Positions 20,857 through 32,665 of a stretch of DNA of 64,000 nt are shown in pieces (the first letter of the stretch is position 1; the number at the start of each line of letters is the position of its first letter). Location: positions 34,245 through 98,244 of the forward strand of contig PDIP01000025.1 in NCBI GenBank assembly GCA_002811645.1, in the 5' to 3' direction. The translations under genes were made by a program, and so were the position numbers. This stretch comes from Corallochytrium limacisporum Hawaii (lineage: Eukaryota; Protista; Pluriformea). The notes beneath the pieces are model-generated. The model searched no databases, was not told the origin of the DNA, and saw only the letters and a list, made by a program, of their open reading frames with translations.

Positions 20857-22539
20857 TTAGATCTTCCAGCAATATGCGGCCGGCACGAAACCTTCACCAC
20901 CATCAAACTTTCGGATCTTCATCCATCCATCGCCATCATCGGGCTCCAGTAATTCAACGACCTCATCCTTAATACAGGACACCTCTGTTCCCGTGGATGC
21001 GTCGAAATCGTAGAGCATTTTGTACGTCGGGGCGACCGGAGTGGCAGCAGGAGTGCTCCTCAGAGAACTCGTCCCTTTCCTCGAAGGCCTTGAAGGCCTG
21101 GGCTTGGAGGGTGCCGGGTCACCTGGGGAGACGTTGATTTCACCAACACTGCCATTCGGTGATGTCCGTGCTGTTGATCCCGGTGTGAGAATTGGAGTGG
21201 TTCCTCCCGCACTAGAAATCGAGTTGACATCATGCAGCGGCAGACTGAGATTGGATCCGTTCAATGACTGAATCGAAGGATCACCTACTGGTGCGGTGCG
21301 GAAGAGCTTCGGCGGCAGTTTTGGAATAATATCATTTCGCGCTGGCTTCGCTGGCAGCTCCATATCTTTATGGACGCAAGCAATACGTACAGTCGCCTTG
21401 TAAATCATGCGGATCGCACTTGTGAGCCTGCGCTCAGCAACACTCCTGTCTTCCTCGCTTGCCGAATTCCTCACCAATTCTTCTGCCCTGATCTTATCCT
21501 GAGTTGCAGTCTGAAGCCGGTCCTTCCAGTACATGGTTTGTTGTTCCGGGCTCATCTTCGAGATATCCATACCCTCACTCTTGTTGTTCTTTCGTCCCAG
21601 CTTGTTCAGCTTGCTCTTCATGCTCCCCGAACGCTTCACCTTGTCTTCATAGAACTCCTTCTCTATCTCTTCACCGGGCAGATCCCCGCTTATCAGATCA
21701 CGCATCATCTTCTTCAGCTCCAACTCAGTGGTCGTTTCGTCTTTCTGTTTTGTCAACCGTTCGACAAGGATCCTGTAGGCTGGAATGACTTGGCCGTGGG
21801 CAAAGATGTAGTTGTCGAGTGCACCGATGCACCGTTCAACAATCTTCTTCTGTCCATAGTAGAATTGACCCATGATCTTTGGCATGGTCTCGTACTCGTG
21901 GACAAGCTTAAACTGGTTAACCCTGATGATGTACTCGTGGTACTCCTTCTCTGCAATTTTGGATGCGGCTTGCTTCTCTTGGGCGTCCTGCATCAACTTC
22001 TGCATCTTGCCCAGGTCAGTCTTCTTGCTATCCTTCGCAGCGATTGCCTGCTCAGCCTCCTTACATTTAGAGTGATACTTTTCCTTTGCGTTTTCCAAAA
22101 GAGAGACCTGTTCCTGGAATTGTGATTCTGCCTTGGCACCCTCGTCCTGAAGACGCTGGAACTCATCCGAGATTTCTTGAAAAGATGCCTTCATCCGCTT
22201 GTAAACTTCGCTCATGAGGTTGTCTGAGAACTTGTCCAGTGCCTTAGTCAATTCATTTGTCTCCTTGACACATGCAGCCAGCGCAGCAGTCAAGGGGGTT
22301 ACCTCGCCGTGTTTTGCAATCTTGGTATTCCACTGGGTCATAAACTGCTTCAGTCCCGTCACATGCTTCTGTTCCAGCTCTGCACGCTCCTTCATGAATT
22401 TTGACAGTACACGATACTGCTCGAGTTGGAAATTAGCCTTCTTGGACACAGTATCGAACTGGTCAAAGAGATTAAGTCCCCATTCGCCCGCGGACACAGG
22501 AAAGTCCTGGTCGCCATGCGGTGTTGTGGCCTCCGCCAT
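20857..22539 (-). CDS. FNBP1: F-BAR/HR1-like/SH3 protein of the FNBP1/CIP4/TOCA family
   Basis: WGLNLFDQFDTV resembles FBP17 WGTELWDQFD; FMKERAELE; DISKMSPEQQ resembles DFSNLPPEQR; C-terminal SH3 MLYDFD...DDGDGWMKIR...EGFVPAAY. Confidence 0.85.
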   Translation of the reverse strand: MAEATTPHGDQDFPVSAGEWGLNLFDQFDTVSKKANFQLEQYRVLSKFMKERAELEQKHVTGLKQFMTQWNTKIAKHGEVTPLTAALAACVKETNELTKALDKFSDNLMSEVYKRMKASFQEISDEFQRLQDEGAKAESQFQEQVSLLENAKEKYHSKCKEAEQAIAAKDSKKTDLGKMQKLMQDAQEKQAASKIAEKEYHEYIIRVNQFKLVHEYETMPKIMGQFYYGQKKIVERCIGALDNYIFAHGQVIPAYRILVERLTKQKDETTTELELKKMMRDLISGDLPGEEIEKEFYEDKVKRSGSMKSKLNKLGRKNNKSEGMDISKMSPEQQTMYWKDRLQTATQDKIRAEELVRNSASEEDRSVAERRLTSAIRMIYKATVRIACVHKDMELPAKPARNDIIPKLPPKLFRTAPVGDPSIQSLNGSNLSLPLHDVNSISSAGGTTPILTPGSTARTSPNGSVGEINVSPGDPAPSKPRPSRPSRKGTSSLRSTPAATPVAPTYKMLYDFDASTGTEVSCIKDEVVELLEPDDGDGWMKIRKFDGGEGFVPAAYCWKI

Positions 22540-22991
22540 GTTTATGGCTCTACGTCTTCAGCCTGTAGGTCTCCCACACACCAATTAGAGTAAAGAACAG
22601 CGGGTCTGCAATGTTCAGCCTCGCCTCATTCCCTGTACGATACTCTTGGGTCAGTCTTCTGTATACTTCGATAGCCAGCAATGGGGCCGTGTGTGCTCTT
22701 ACCATTCACAGTCTCCAGAAACAACGGATCTGGCCCTTACCCTAACTACCCGAACAACTCCAATCACTGCATCGTCTACAACCACGCTTAGAGAAAGACT
22801 GCACCAGAAGCGTTTCCAATATGTTCGAACAACTGCGGCTTCTCGTGTGGGCTTCGGCATGGCGCTCACAACACCTCAATCCGAAAGAAAAAACTCCAAC
22901 AAAAAGATGCACCACACCTACCGAGACCCAAACCCCCACCAGTTCTTTTAGAGGGACACCCGAGCAGGGTTCAGCGGGAAAGTTGACGGAA

Positions 22992-23027
22992 GGGCAGGGG
23001 AGGGCCCCCCCGGGGCGGGGAGGGGGG
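22992..23027 (+). promoter_or_regulatory. Putative G-quadruplex motif about 450 bp upstream of the F-BAR gene
   Basis: GGG ca GGGG a GGG ccccccc GGGG c GGGG a GGGGGG: six G-runs with short loops. Function is inferred only. Confidence 0.35.
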
Positions 23028-25038
23028 TTCGCAAATTACCCAAGAAAATGCGGAAAGATTTATTGGTCGACTGCACCCCCCAGGAGACCCCACCTCCGGC
23101 GTACATCCCCACTGGTGCACTGTAACCTGGAACAGAAAACACTCGTCGGAAGTCGTGCTCGCGCCGTGAACAACATTGGTGCCCACTACGACTCCTTTTG
23201 ATGGAGTTACGTCTGAATACTCACTATATCGTTCTCCACAATTCATTTCATTGGCTGAAAGCAGGCTATGGAGAGCGGTAGTGGGTGCCAAACCTTTGCA
23301 CCATGCCTGGACCCGGCCGGTTTTTGTGGAGGAGGTGTCTCACACATTAATGAGAGAAACAGTAGAGGCGATAAAAAGGCAAAACACCGCGAAATATCTT
23401 TACATTCAGTACTTGATTCCTGTAGGTATCATGCGAGGGGACCTTCCCGGTGTTTATCGATGAACACACTCGCCGTCCGTACTGTGATGATACATCTGCT
23501 ACCGCGCGTCATCAAGGCCTCCTCACCCGCTCTCGTCCAGGACTTTTTGCAACCACGCCAGCCGAAAACGTTCGGTAATTTTCTATGTTGGCGCCCTCCT
23601 TCGCTACCCCAACGGCAGGATAGTGAGGGCGGCCAGGGACCGGCCATGCCATCATAGGCAAAAGAATTCATGCCCTTTTACTAAACTAAACTATACATGG
23701 ATTTCGCGAAATGGGTCTCAGGGAATTCGGAAATTCAGTACTATAACTTAAAATATTCTCCCCGCAGCCAGTTGGTGCCAACGCATACCACCCCTCAGTC
23801 GGTTCGGATGACACATTGAGGCAATTGAACGGAAAACTCCCATGCTTTGAAGTTCCTCCCCTGTATTGTCCACTGTGCCAGCTTGGTGTGGCTCCGGTCT
23901 GGGGCTATAATCCCCCAATGTTTCTCATGGAACAAAAATGTCGCTTTATCGCCGTTAAGTGCAGGGTTACGGAACAAAAACCCCCTTCTTTCATCACCAC
24001 AGGGCAGCGGCGGTACAAACGGGGGAGTCATAATTTGGCCCGCTCTATGGTAGCGTCAATGTTGGGTGCGAAGTAGTCCTTTATTGAGTGCCAGTGTCGA
24101 ATCAGCCGCAGGCTGGAGGGCTGCAAATAAGGGGCGAACAATGGAACCGCAAGGGGGGTTACGCTACCCAGGGGGCTCAGACCGAAATATTCAATCACAC
24201 AAAAACGGACACGTATGGGGCTCTGGTTTAGCTGGATTTGATTCTTTTGATTTTATGGGTTTGAAGTTATAAATCTCGTAAAATGTTCCTTTTCTTGTTG
24301 ATTATATGAATCGAATCAACCATTCGAAATTTTTTCTACCACCGTACTGCAGAACTTGCCAATCCCGGACAGCAGGGGCGAGACTGTAGGACCCGAGACT
24401 TTTCTCTGACTCGCCCCGGAGGTGTTTTTTGCCAACGTTCCCGTTATCAGACCCACACGGAACAATTTCTCTCACCCCGCGTCCCAGTCCCGTATCTCTG
24501 CAGTAGAAATGAAATGGGGCGCACTGCTACCACTGGATCCGTCCGGGTCGTCCGGTCTTTTGGCCAAAGAACTCAGCGGAAAATGCGTGGAAGAGTGAGA
24601 ACCGCCGAATGAGAATGTCGTATGGCGCAACCCAAACCTCATGCCCCAACCCTGGTCCCTTTCAAAAACTTAGTGAACCCGAAAACTCCGAAAAAAAATT
24701 CCCCTAGAGAGTGATTAAATCTTTCGACATAGCATCGCTTCTTCTCTTGGCCCTCCCTAAGACCAGAGCAGGGCCAAAAGGGAGCCTCTGACACCCGCCG
24801 ACAGTCGGTGAGGCTAGTCGTTCTTGTCCCCCTGCATAGATTCCTACATCGGTGTCTTAAATGGGAAATACACTGGACGTCTTCGGGTCTATCGGAGAAA
24901 GCCACCTGGATCTGTCTGAATGTATCATTTCAGTACATGGGAGGTAATTAAAACGAGAAGTTTATGAAAACCATGTACCATTTTACCACACTGTAAATCA
25001 TAGTAGGCTCAAGAGGGCGGCGGACTGCTACAAGCGTC

Positions 25039-26202
25039 ATGCCGGACACGAAGAGAATGGTAGGAAAGAGCCACGAGGCCTACGGGCGATTGCGAGAGTC
25101 GACAGACTCGCTGGGAGCTGGTTCTTCCGGAGTTAGTACTTCTACAGTGCAGAATGGTAGTGTAAATGGCCGTACCAACGGCGGGCCGATGCCTAGGAAG
25201 TCACAAGAGGCCCATGCAGAATCACTGCCACCTGCCGCTGGCCCTGACGAGCCTCTGCCGTCATACAATGCTGCCGTCCGCGAGAGCAGGGCTGCTCAGA
25301 TGCCTGGCACATATGATCCTAACCAACCGCAGGCAGTCCGATCTGGTATCATGGGCCCATACAGAATTACATATGGAGTCGCACGGGGAGAGACTGATAT
25401 GCGGCGAAAGAAGGCATTCACGGCAGCTTGGTGTATTGGTGCGTGTTGTCTGTGCACCTTCTGCTTTTTTGTTGGGCCGGCTTTAATTATTTGCGCACCA
25501 AACTGGGGAGCTCGCTTCGGTGCAGTCTTCGGTTGTGGAGTCGGTCTCGTTATCGTGGGTGCGACGTTCTTAATCGAATACGAAACCTCATTGAAGGACG
25601 AGTGCGAACGCTGCTTTGAGCAGAACTTTGCACCTGGATGCGATAATCCGGACACCCTTGATCAAGACGAACCGGATATTTCCTCAGGTGAATGTGACTT
25701 CTTCAAGGCTAGCCGCATTTACATGCCTATCTTTACAGTGGTCGGGCTCGCTATGGTAGCACTTTCGATTTGGGGGTGGAGACGACATTACCGTCTGAAG
25801 ACTGCTCATCTGACGCAGGCAAGGCAACAGGCAAACACTCAAGGTGTACAACAGATGCAGATGCAAAACTTTGATGGAAATTCACACATGGTCAACGGTC
25901 CCCAGCTAGCCTTTCGACCAGGTGAAGCACCGCCTCCAGGATATTGGCCACCTGGTGTAACTCCTCCTGTTTACGGATCTTCTCTGAGTAATGGTCAACC
26001 TTCTGCAGCTTATCCACCGCAGGATTACCAGGGATACACGTCACAGACTCCCCCAATTGCCAACTTTCAGCCGGCAAACAACGCAACACATGATCATAGT
26101 CTGACATCCACCCAGAACGCGTCAGTTGATCCGCCCGGCTATGCACCGCCCGCACTCGACGATACACCGCCTGTGTGGAATCCGAGTTCATCTGGTCAAT
26201 AG
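25039..26202 (+). CDS. NDFIP/Bsd2-like three-TM adaptor for Nedd4/Rsp5 ligases, with P/Q/Y-rich tail
   Basis: LPSYNAA motif upstream of the TMs; CFFVGPALIICAPNWGARFGAVFGCGVGLVI resembles NDFIP FNWIGFFLSFCLTTSAAGRYGAISGFGLSLI; third TM; tail with PPGY, PPVY, PPGY. Confidence 0.6.
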   Translation: MPDTKRMVGKSHEAYGRLRESTDSLGAGSSGVSTSTVQNGSVNGRTNGGPMPRKSQEAHAESLPPAAGPDEPLPSYNAAVRESRAAQMPGTYDPNQPQAVRSGIMGPYRITYGVARGETDMRRKKAFTAAWCIGACCLCTFCFFVGPALIICAPNWGARFGAVFGCGVGLVIVGATFLIEYETSLKDECERCFEQNFAPGCDNPDTLDQDEPDISSGECDFFKASRIYMPIFTVVGLAMVALSIWGWRRHYRLKTAHLTQARQQANTQGVQQMQMQNFDGNSHMVNGPQLAFRPGEAPPPGYWPPGVTPPVYGSSLSNGQPSAAYPPQDYQGYTSQTPPIANFQPANNATHDHSLTSTQNASVDPPGYAPPALDDTPPVWNPSSSGQ

Positions 26203-27299
26203 AACATGACCCTCCATTCATTCGTACAGACATCCATAAACTCCAATCATCTCCGAAATCCAAGCTGTAAGCTTTCTGAACATAAATTTCCACGAAACCC
26301 GCCCTGACCAAGTTTTGGCACCTTCCGACGTTATTCATCGAATTTGATCAATACTATTGATACAACCGACTTCAGGAAACCTCCCTTCACCTGCCGCAGC
26401 AGCGTCCCGCCCTCTCCGGAGGCCAACGGCTTGTTCAAGCACCTCAACCCTTCCACGGTTGCCAATACGGGAAGCTAACCGCGTGTCCGAAATGCCACAG
26501 AAAACTACAATATATTCAGTACACAAACTATGCCGCTCTGGTTTCCCAGGAAGTGTCCCCTCAGCGGGGTCTCTCCCGTCTTGGCAATATTTTTTTTTCT
26601 TCTTCCTCCCCGATCTGGTTTCAGTTTGAGAATTATCTCAATGGCACTTCATCTTCCGGACCCGCTCCTCAGTATGTGGTGCTTAGTCAAGGGCCAGGAC
26701 AATCGAAAGCCAAATACCGGTGTGCGACATTCCAAATTTCCTTCTTGTCCAAGCTACCACTACTGCCCGGGCGCGATTACCCCATGCCTCAGGATAATTT
26801 TCTCAACATACAAAATGAATACATCGAAAATGTAGCGGTGTTAGGTGAAGGCCACCAGTGCCCCCGGCGGCTTACGGCTGTTAGTCTCTACTTTTGCGGG
26901 TTGGGAAGAAGGGTGTTCCCTCCAGCAGGGTTGACCTGTTACACAAGTCTATAGGGCAACCAGCGCTCGATATCGCATCATGGATTAGTGTCGAGCACGA
27001 CACTTGGAATTCTAGAGTTGGTACGAGTGCGCACAGAGAGAAAGCAAGAGGGTTGTTGTCGCGTTCTTGTGTGAGAGACCGTTTTGCAAATGTCTTCTTC
27101 GAAACACAATAGCTTCGTGAATCTATATCAGACAGTACGGTCCTTAAAGGCGTTGTCTTGGCTCAAAAGAGTAATTTGGTATACTGCGCACACGAGAGAA
27201 AGGGCGAAAGTATATTTGTACATTATGGCATAGCTGACTTTGATAATCACTACTCAAAGGAGAGAACGAAAACGGCAGAACGGAAGTTTGTAGTTTACA

Positions 27300-28769
27300 A
27301 TGAACGCTGGAGACTACGAGCGGCTCGATGACTATGAGCCCCGCAATGGAGGGTTTCTTGGCGGGCTTAAGTCGACAGTGAGATGCATCCGTTCATGTCT
27401 GTGCTGCTGCTGCTGCACGGGCCCAGTGTGTGTAATCGTTGGAATTTTGTTCCTGCTTGCTGCATTTAAAGGAGCTAGAGAGGACCTTGTGGTGGAGTAT
27501 GGGGACCTTGTCCACAATTGGCAGGTGAAGGGTGGAGCAAGAGACTCTTTTGGAGCCGTTGGCTTCCAGTTTACAGACGCCGCACTAGGGTCTGGGGACC
27601 AATGGCTGAAGACAACGCAAACTCATCCCCACGATCCTATAAATGACCACCACAAGAAGAAGTTGCCTACGTATACGTCCTTGGTTGCACTTGCCGATGG
27701 TCTCCCAATTCAATACGGCACTCGTACAGCCACTGATATCATGCTGCAGGCCGAGGTGCTCAAAAACCCGAAGACCAGGATAGATGTGGGAGTTACCCTA
27801 GCTTCATGGATTCCATTCCAAAGGAAAGACATTCTTCATCCCAAGGTTCCACGCATTCCTGGCAAGGTGCAGGGATACAAATCCAAGTCTTCTTTGGGTT
27901 GTCGGGACCCAGGTGACTGCGACCACATCAGTGATCATGATCGTCGTCGCGAATGCAAGAGGAAGCCGTACTGTACACAAAAATGTGAAGGCCAGTATGA
28001 TCGGTCACACCAGCGATGCTATATCCCGATGTATCTGCAGAGTGTGTGTCTGAGCTACGATCCTCAAGCCGCCGTGTTCCGCAACCGTTGGACAGGTGGA
28101 GATGTTGCAGGCTGTTTCTACGAGTACATAGACCTTGAAAACTCGTTTCTGAAGGGCATTGTGTGCGATGAATGTAAGCATGGTATGCCTGGCAGGTATA
28201 GTCCACATGGTATCATTCCCAGTGATATCCGTGTGACGGTGCGTCACATTGACGACCCGTACCTTTTTGTATCGTGGGCCACTAATGGCTACTATGACTT
28301 TGGCCTCACCCGAGGAGAGAACTTCAGTATCGCTATTCCGTTCATTATTGTGGGTCTCTTTTTCACTACAAGTGTCATCGTCCTCAGCTTGCGGTTTAAG
28401 AGGTGGCTTTGCGGCGGGTCGACTCCCGACGTGCAAGCGAATTCGGCCCCGTACCCTGACGAACAGACTCCGCTGGTCGGAGGTAATGCCACGGGCTACC
28501 CCGCCCAAGGACCAAATGGAGGGGCGTACTACCCACCTAATGTACAACCAATGTCCAGTAACTACCAGTACCCATCGAGCGGAGGCCTGCCCTTAGTTGC
28601 AGCCGGTAACACGACCTACTATCAACCATACCAGCAGCAACAACCTCCTGTGGGTGTCCAGCCACCTCCTCCGGGCTTCATCAACCCACAGCAACAGGTG
28701 CCACCCTCAGATCCACCGCCGCCTTACGATGTGGCTCCCAGCGCACCAGAGCATCCAAGCAAATCCTAG
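27300..28769 (+). CDS. Two-TM membrane protein with a Cys string, a large Cys-rich luminal loop and a PPxY-bearing P/Q/Y-rich tail
   Basis: YERL at N-terminus, CLCCCCC before TM1, Cys-rich loop, VRHIDDPY...TNGYYDFG before TM2, tail ending PPPPYDVAPSAP. Confidence 0.85.
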   Translation: MNAGDYERLDDYEPRNGGFLGGLKSTVRCIRSCLCCCCCTGPVCVIVGILFLLAAFKGAREDLVVEYGDLVHNWQVKGGARDSFGAVGFQFTDAALGSGDQWLKTTQTHPHDPINDHHKKKLPTYTSLVALADGLPIQYGTRTATDIMLQAEVLKNPKTRIDVGVTLASWIPFQRKDILHPKVPRIPGKVQGYKSKSSLGCRDPGDCDHISDHDRRRECKRKPYCTQKCEGQYDRSHQRCYIPMYLQSVCLSYDPQAAVFRNRWTGGDVAGCFYEYIDLENSFLKGIVCDECKHGMPGRYSPHGIIPSDIRVTVRHIDDPYLFVSWATNGYYDFGLTRGENFSIAIPFIIVGLFFTTSVIVLSLRFKRWLCGGSTPDVQANSAPYPDEQTPLVGGNATGYPAQGPNGGAYYPPNVQPMSSNYQYPSSGGLPLVAAGNTTYYQPYQQQQPPVGVQPPPPGFINPQQQVPPSDPPPPYDVAPSAPEHPSKS

Positions 28770-28882
28770 ATGAGCCCTCGACGTTGTTATCTTTTTCTGT
28801 CCTTTCAAGGACATATGTAAGTATATGCATTTAGTGTTGATCATCAATGTTGTTACTGTCTCTATTGCGTGTTGCTAGTTGC

Positions 28883-31510
28883 TCACTTACTCGCTTTTCC
28901 GTTGGAGCCGCCATTTGTTGGCCCCTCCGCTCCATTCAATCCACCAATCAGGCCTTTGGCTGTGTTGAAGAGGTTGATAGGAGAGTTGCCGTCGGTAATG
29001 ATTGTGCTCTGGACGCCCAAGGACTGTAAAAGCTTAACCTGCATCTCAGGACCACTGGTGGCAATGGCTTGAATGGTCTCCGCACCAATGGCACCAACCA
29101 TCTGCTGGAACTTCTTTGTCTCAATCTCGGCCGTTTCCTTGGCCTTTGCCATCTCGAGCTCGGCTTGCTGTTGCAGATACTTGACCTCTGCCTCGCGGGC
29201 ACGGGCCAAACGCTCGAATTCAGAGTCTGCCTCGATTTTTGCAGCGTCCGCTTTGAGCTGGGCCTGGCGCACGGCTGCGGCACCCTCAATCTCAGCAGCC
29301 TCGGCGCGGGCTTGAGCCTCTGCCTTGGCCTGACCTGTAGACTCCACGGCGGCACTCTTAGCCTGCAACTCAATGAGACGGGCCTTCTCGACCTCAGCAG
29401 AACTCTGGTCTGAAATTCGTTGACGTTCGAGGCGACCCCTGGCCTCCTGCTCAGTCTGCTGGGCCCGATGGCGCGCAGCGGCCTCCTGAGCACTCGTTGT
29501 GATCTCAATAGCAAGCTGCACACTCTTCTGCAGGGCATCCCTGGTTCGCTGGTCCACAGGCTCAACAGACTGGATGTCGACAGATGTGATGCTCAAACAG
29601 TTGGTCGGGAAATGAAGGTCCTTGCGGATCTTCCCATCATCGTCCATACCGAAGACAGAGCTTCGGATGATGGTTGCAGAGTTCTTATGGAAGTCATCAA
29701 ATTGACAGCCAGCAACCTTGCCGCGGATCCGGCTCGCGATAGCTTTGCAGGCATTGCCAACAAAATCAGGTTCGGAAAAAATTTTGGCAGCATGGGACTT
29801 GTCCTTGCTGTCAATGCTGAAGCACCAGTTGTAGCTCAGTTGCAGGTGCAGACGTGCGTGATCAGCAGTCTCTACCGTCACAATGTCGGTCATGAAATCC
29901 GGACCCAAATACAAGCAAATGGTTTTGATGACGTTGGGTCGCTTCGGCTTGCCACCAGATATGCTCAGCAGGGTAAAATGCTCATCACAATCTAACATAA
30001 CCAAATCTGGGCCGAACACCACGCGAGCTGTCTTGCTCTTATAGTTGTAGACCTGAACAGCGGCGTTATGCGGGACGCGGAACGTGACCACTCGGGTCTT
30101 GTCCCTGTGCTTCTTTGGTTGCGGAGTTCCCTTTTCATTGCGATCAGCGATGACGTCCTTACCGCTCAAGAGCAAGTTCTCCACCGTGTCTGGGAGGTCT
30201 TTGGCCCACAGTTCCTCATACTCATTCAGCATGTATGTCTGATTCACCACACTTCGTACTCGACCTGATCGGGTATCACGGACGTAGATCCCTTCGTTCT
30301 CGTCAAGGGGAATGGCACTACGCCTCTGTAGAACCTCAACTTCCACTGGGGGAGTCATTTCTTCCGGGCCCCTCACCATCCACTTGTCACCAGCATTGCG
30401 CTTGGTACCGTCAGTGTCAGTGTATGCTTCCGTTGCTGTCAGCACAACACCTTCGTCTTCCTGTAGAACGAGAACATCCTCAATTCCATTCTCTAGGAAC
30501 TCTCCCGGTTGCAGGAAGAAAGACTTCTCTCCCGCGACGAGCTTCTTGCGACCGAGTTGAGGTCTTCCAGTGGCAGAATCTACAGGATCCATTACGACGC
30601 AGAACTGCCGAGAGGTGAGAGTTGTGATTTCCTGGACACTGACGATCTCTTCATAAACATCTGCCAGATGCGTCTCTGCATCGCTCATAGTGACCAACCA
30701 TTCCTCACCATTCTTTCGCTTCTTGCCATAGACATCTGTGAATGTACGTGTAGCGCGAAGCTGTAGGGCTTGCTTCTCTGTGAGAATAGTAGCCTTGACC
30801 ACATCAACAACCTCCTCAAATACCCCAGGAAGATAGGCTCCAATGGAGCGGACCAGCCATTCCTCACCAGCCACACGAGAACTTCCCTCTTTATCAATGC
30901 AGCTGTTCAGTGCCCGAAGCCGGAGACCTTGGTTAGGTTTGATGATGCGTGCCTGACGGGTTTCAACCACTTCAACCTCGGATCGTGGCACATATGTGCC
31001 GGGACCCTCGAAAAGCCATTCATCACCAGCAACACGGTTTGTGTTGGTGTCATCTGTGAAATCAAGTTCAGCACGCAGATGCAGCGCAGTGTGCGGCTTG
31101 ACTACTGTCAACGCGGTGACTGGTTCAGAGAGGATCTCACCCGGATACAACGGAAAGGGATCACTGGACAGGCAAATTTGCTTTTGACCAAAGAGCAGTT
31201 TCACTTGGCCTGTCTTATCGGTGATCACTTCATCATCTTCGCCTCTCTGAACAGGGTTCTGCACGACGCAGTAGTGACGAGGAGGGACGGTTACCATTTT
31301 CTCAGGCCCAAATACGACCACTTCATTGTCCTGGCGAATAAATGTCATCGGACCCTGAACGAGGCGAGTCACGTTAGTCGTGTGGTCCAGGCAGTGAAGA
31401 AAGTAAAACGGTGGGATACGGTACACCGTATCCCCTGAGTTTCCCATACCCTTCATTCCGTTGCGGGCTTCAGAGGGCTTCGGGGGATCATAATCGCTGT
31501 TACCGAACAT
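28883..31510 (-). CDS. MVP: Major vault protein
   Basis: Vault repeats ([24 protein letters not shown]), shoulder domain ([25 protein letters not shown]), cap helix [25 protein letters not shown]-terminal [14 protein letters not shown]. Confidence 0.99.
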   Translation of the reverse strand: MFGNSDYDPPKPSEARNGMKGMGNSGDTVYRIPPFYFLHCLDHTTNVTRLVQGPMTFIRQDNEVVVFGPEKMVTVPPRHYCVVQNPVQRGEDDEVITDKTGQVKLLFGQKQICLSSDPFPLYPGEILSEPVTALTVVKPHTALHLRAELDFTDDTNTNRVAGDEWLFEGPGTYVPRSEVEVVETRQARIIKPNQGLRLRALNSCIDKEGSSRVAGEEWLVRSIGAYLPGVFEEVVDVVKATILTEKQALQLRATRTFTDVYGKKRKNGEEWLVTMSDAETHLADVYEEIVSVQEITTLTSRQFCVVMDPVDSATGRPQLGRKKLVAGEKSFFLQPGEFLENGIEDVLVLQEDEGVVLTATEAYTDTDGTKRNAGDKWMVRGPEEMTPPVEVEVLQRRSAIPLDENEGIYVRDTRSGRVRSVVNQTYMLNEYEELWAKDLPDTVENLLLSGKDVIADRNEKGTPQPKKHRDKTRVVTFRVPHNAAVQVYNYKSKTARVVFGPDLVMLDCDEHFTLLSISGGKPKRPNVIKTICLYLGPDFMTDIVTVETADHARLHLQLSYNWCFSIDSKDKSHAAKIFSEPDFVGNACKAIASRIRGKVAGCQFDDFHKNSATIIRSSVFGMDDDGKIRKDLHFPTNCLSITSVDIQSVEPVDQRTRDALQKSVQLAIEITTSAQEAAARHRAQQTEQEARGRLERQRISDQSSAEVEKARLIELQAKSAAVESTGQAKAEAQARAEAAEIEGAAAVRQAQLKADAAKIEADSEFERLARAREAEVKYLQQQAELEMAKAKETAEIETKKFQQMVGAIGAETIQAIATSGPEMQVKLLQSLGVQSTIITDGNSPINLFNTAKGLIGGLNGAEGPTNGGSNGKASK

Positions 31511-32665
31511 TGCGAGCTGTGTGCTACTGGCGAGTTCGTCGACCTGTGGATGATGAGTCTCAGGCCCTGTATCTGGGATCAGTCCGAACGGGGTTTACCG
31601 TCAAATACGTTTTGAAGTCTACGGCAGCTTGTACGAAATGAGTGGATAGTGATCTGAATTGTGATGAGAGCCTCTATATGGCACTCTTATCGGAATCCAT
31701 TGTCCGATGTGGGATTCATCTCTCGCCCTTGGCATTTCTTCAGCTTTGCCCTCATTCACTATTGACGCTGGTCACTCCCAAACCCTTCGCCGCCGTCCTG
31801 ACGGGCCCAACCACTCAAGAATTCCTAGCAGCGAGGCCCGAGCAGGAGGAAAGCTTACCACCTGTTTTCAATAATTTACGAGCAGAAACCAGTGACAGGG
31901 GCAGAAAAAAATATCTTCCGCCAAGAATGCAACTACAGGTTAGTAACAAATGTCACCAAAATCTTTTCGGATCCTTAGGTCACAAATCATTAGGAGGCAG
32001 CAGGCGGAATTCTTGGCAAAGGCGATCGGAGCGGTTTTCAAAACGCTTGGCACTGCCAGGGAAAACCGTATTTGGCTATTTTACAGTTGCTTTGCTCGGG
32101 CAAACCAAGTAAGTGCCGTGCATGCAAATCGTGGTCCCTCCCCGGAAGGCTCGATCCCATTTCTTCCTGTATCGTCCGAGCGCCCATAGTATTCGAACAT
32201 CAGTAGCGTTGCCTCCATGTCAGAGGAAAGTGGACGGACACTGGGGATCTCGAGTTCACTGGGCTGGAGGGAGCAATGTTGTGCCCGACATACTCCCATC
32301 TTGACGGTGTAGTACCAGTTTGAAGTTGCCCTTTATTTGCCTTTGGGGATGCCTAGGCCATAGTGGTTTAGGACAGCAGCCTGCCCTCCTCCCGGATGGG
32401 TCTGTTTCTAAGACCATTCCGTATATCTATGTGTTACAGTAAATTCTGCGATAAATATGTGGTGCCCGTTGGCACAAAGCGTTCGGATGGAAGGACCCTT
32501 ACCACGAGCGTTTCTTTGAGGGTCTCACACCAGGTAGAAAGTCTGCTGCTCCATACGACTAGAATGCTCTCCTGGTGTCTGTCAGCAACACAATGAGGTC
32601 ATTAGTGACCTTGAGGTCGATAAAAGCATGCCAGGCGCAAACGCACATCTTGACTCGGTCTCACA

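Noticed and set aside
24550-24575. cggtcttttggccaaaga resembling the U2 snRNA 5' stem
   Set aside because: Lacks the GTGTAGTA branch-pairing sequence and an Sm site
32340-32425. tagtggtttaggac (tRNA D-arm/A-box-like) near MVP and eEFSec, as a candidate tRNA-Sec or vault RNA
   Set aside because: No T-loop/B box (GTTCRA), no cloverleaf and no oligo-T terminator
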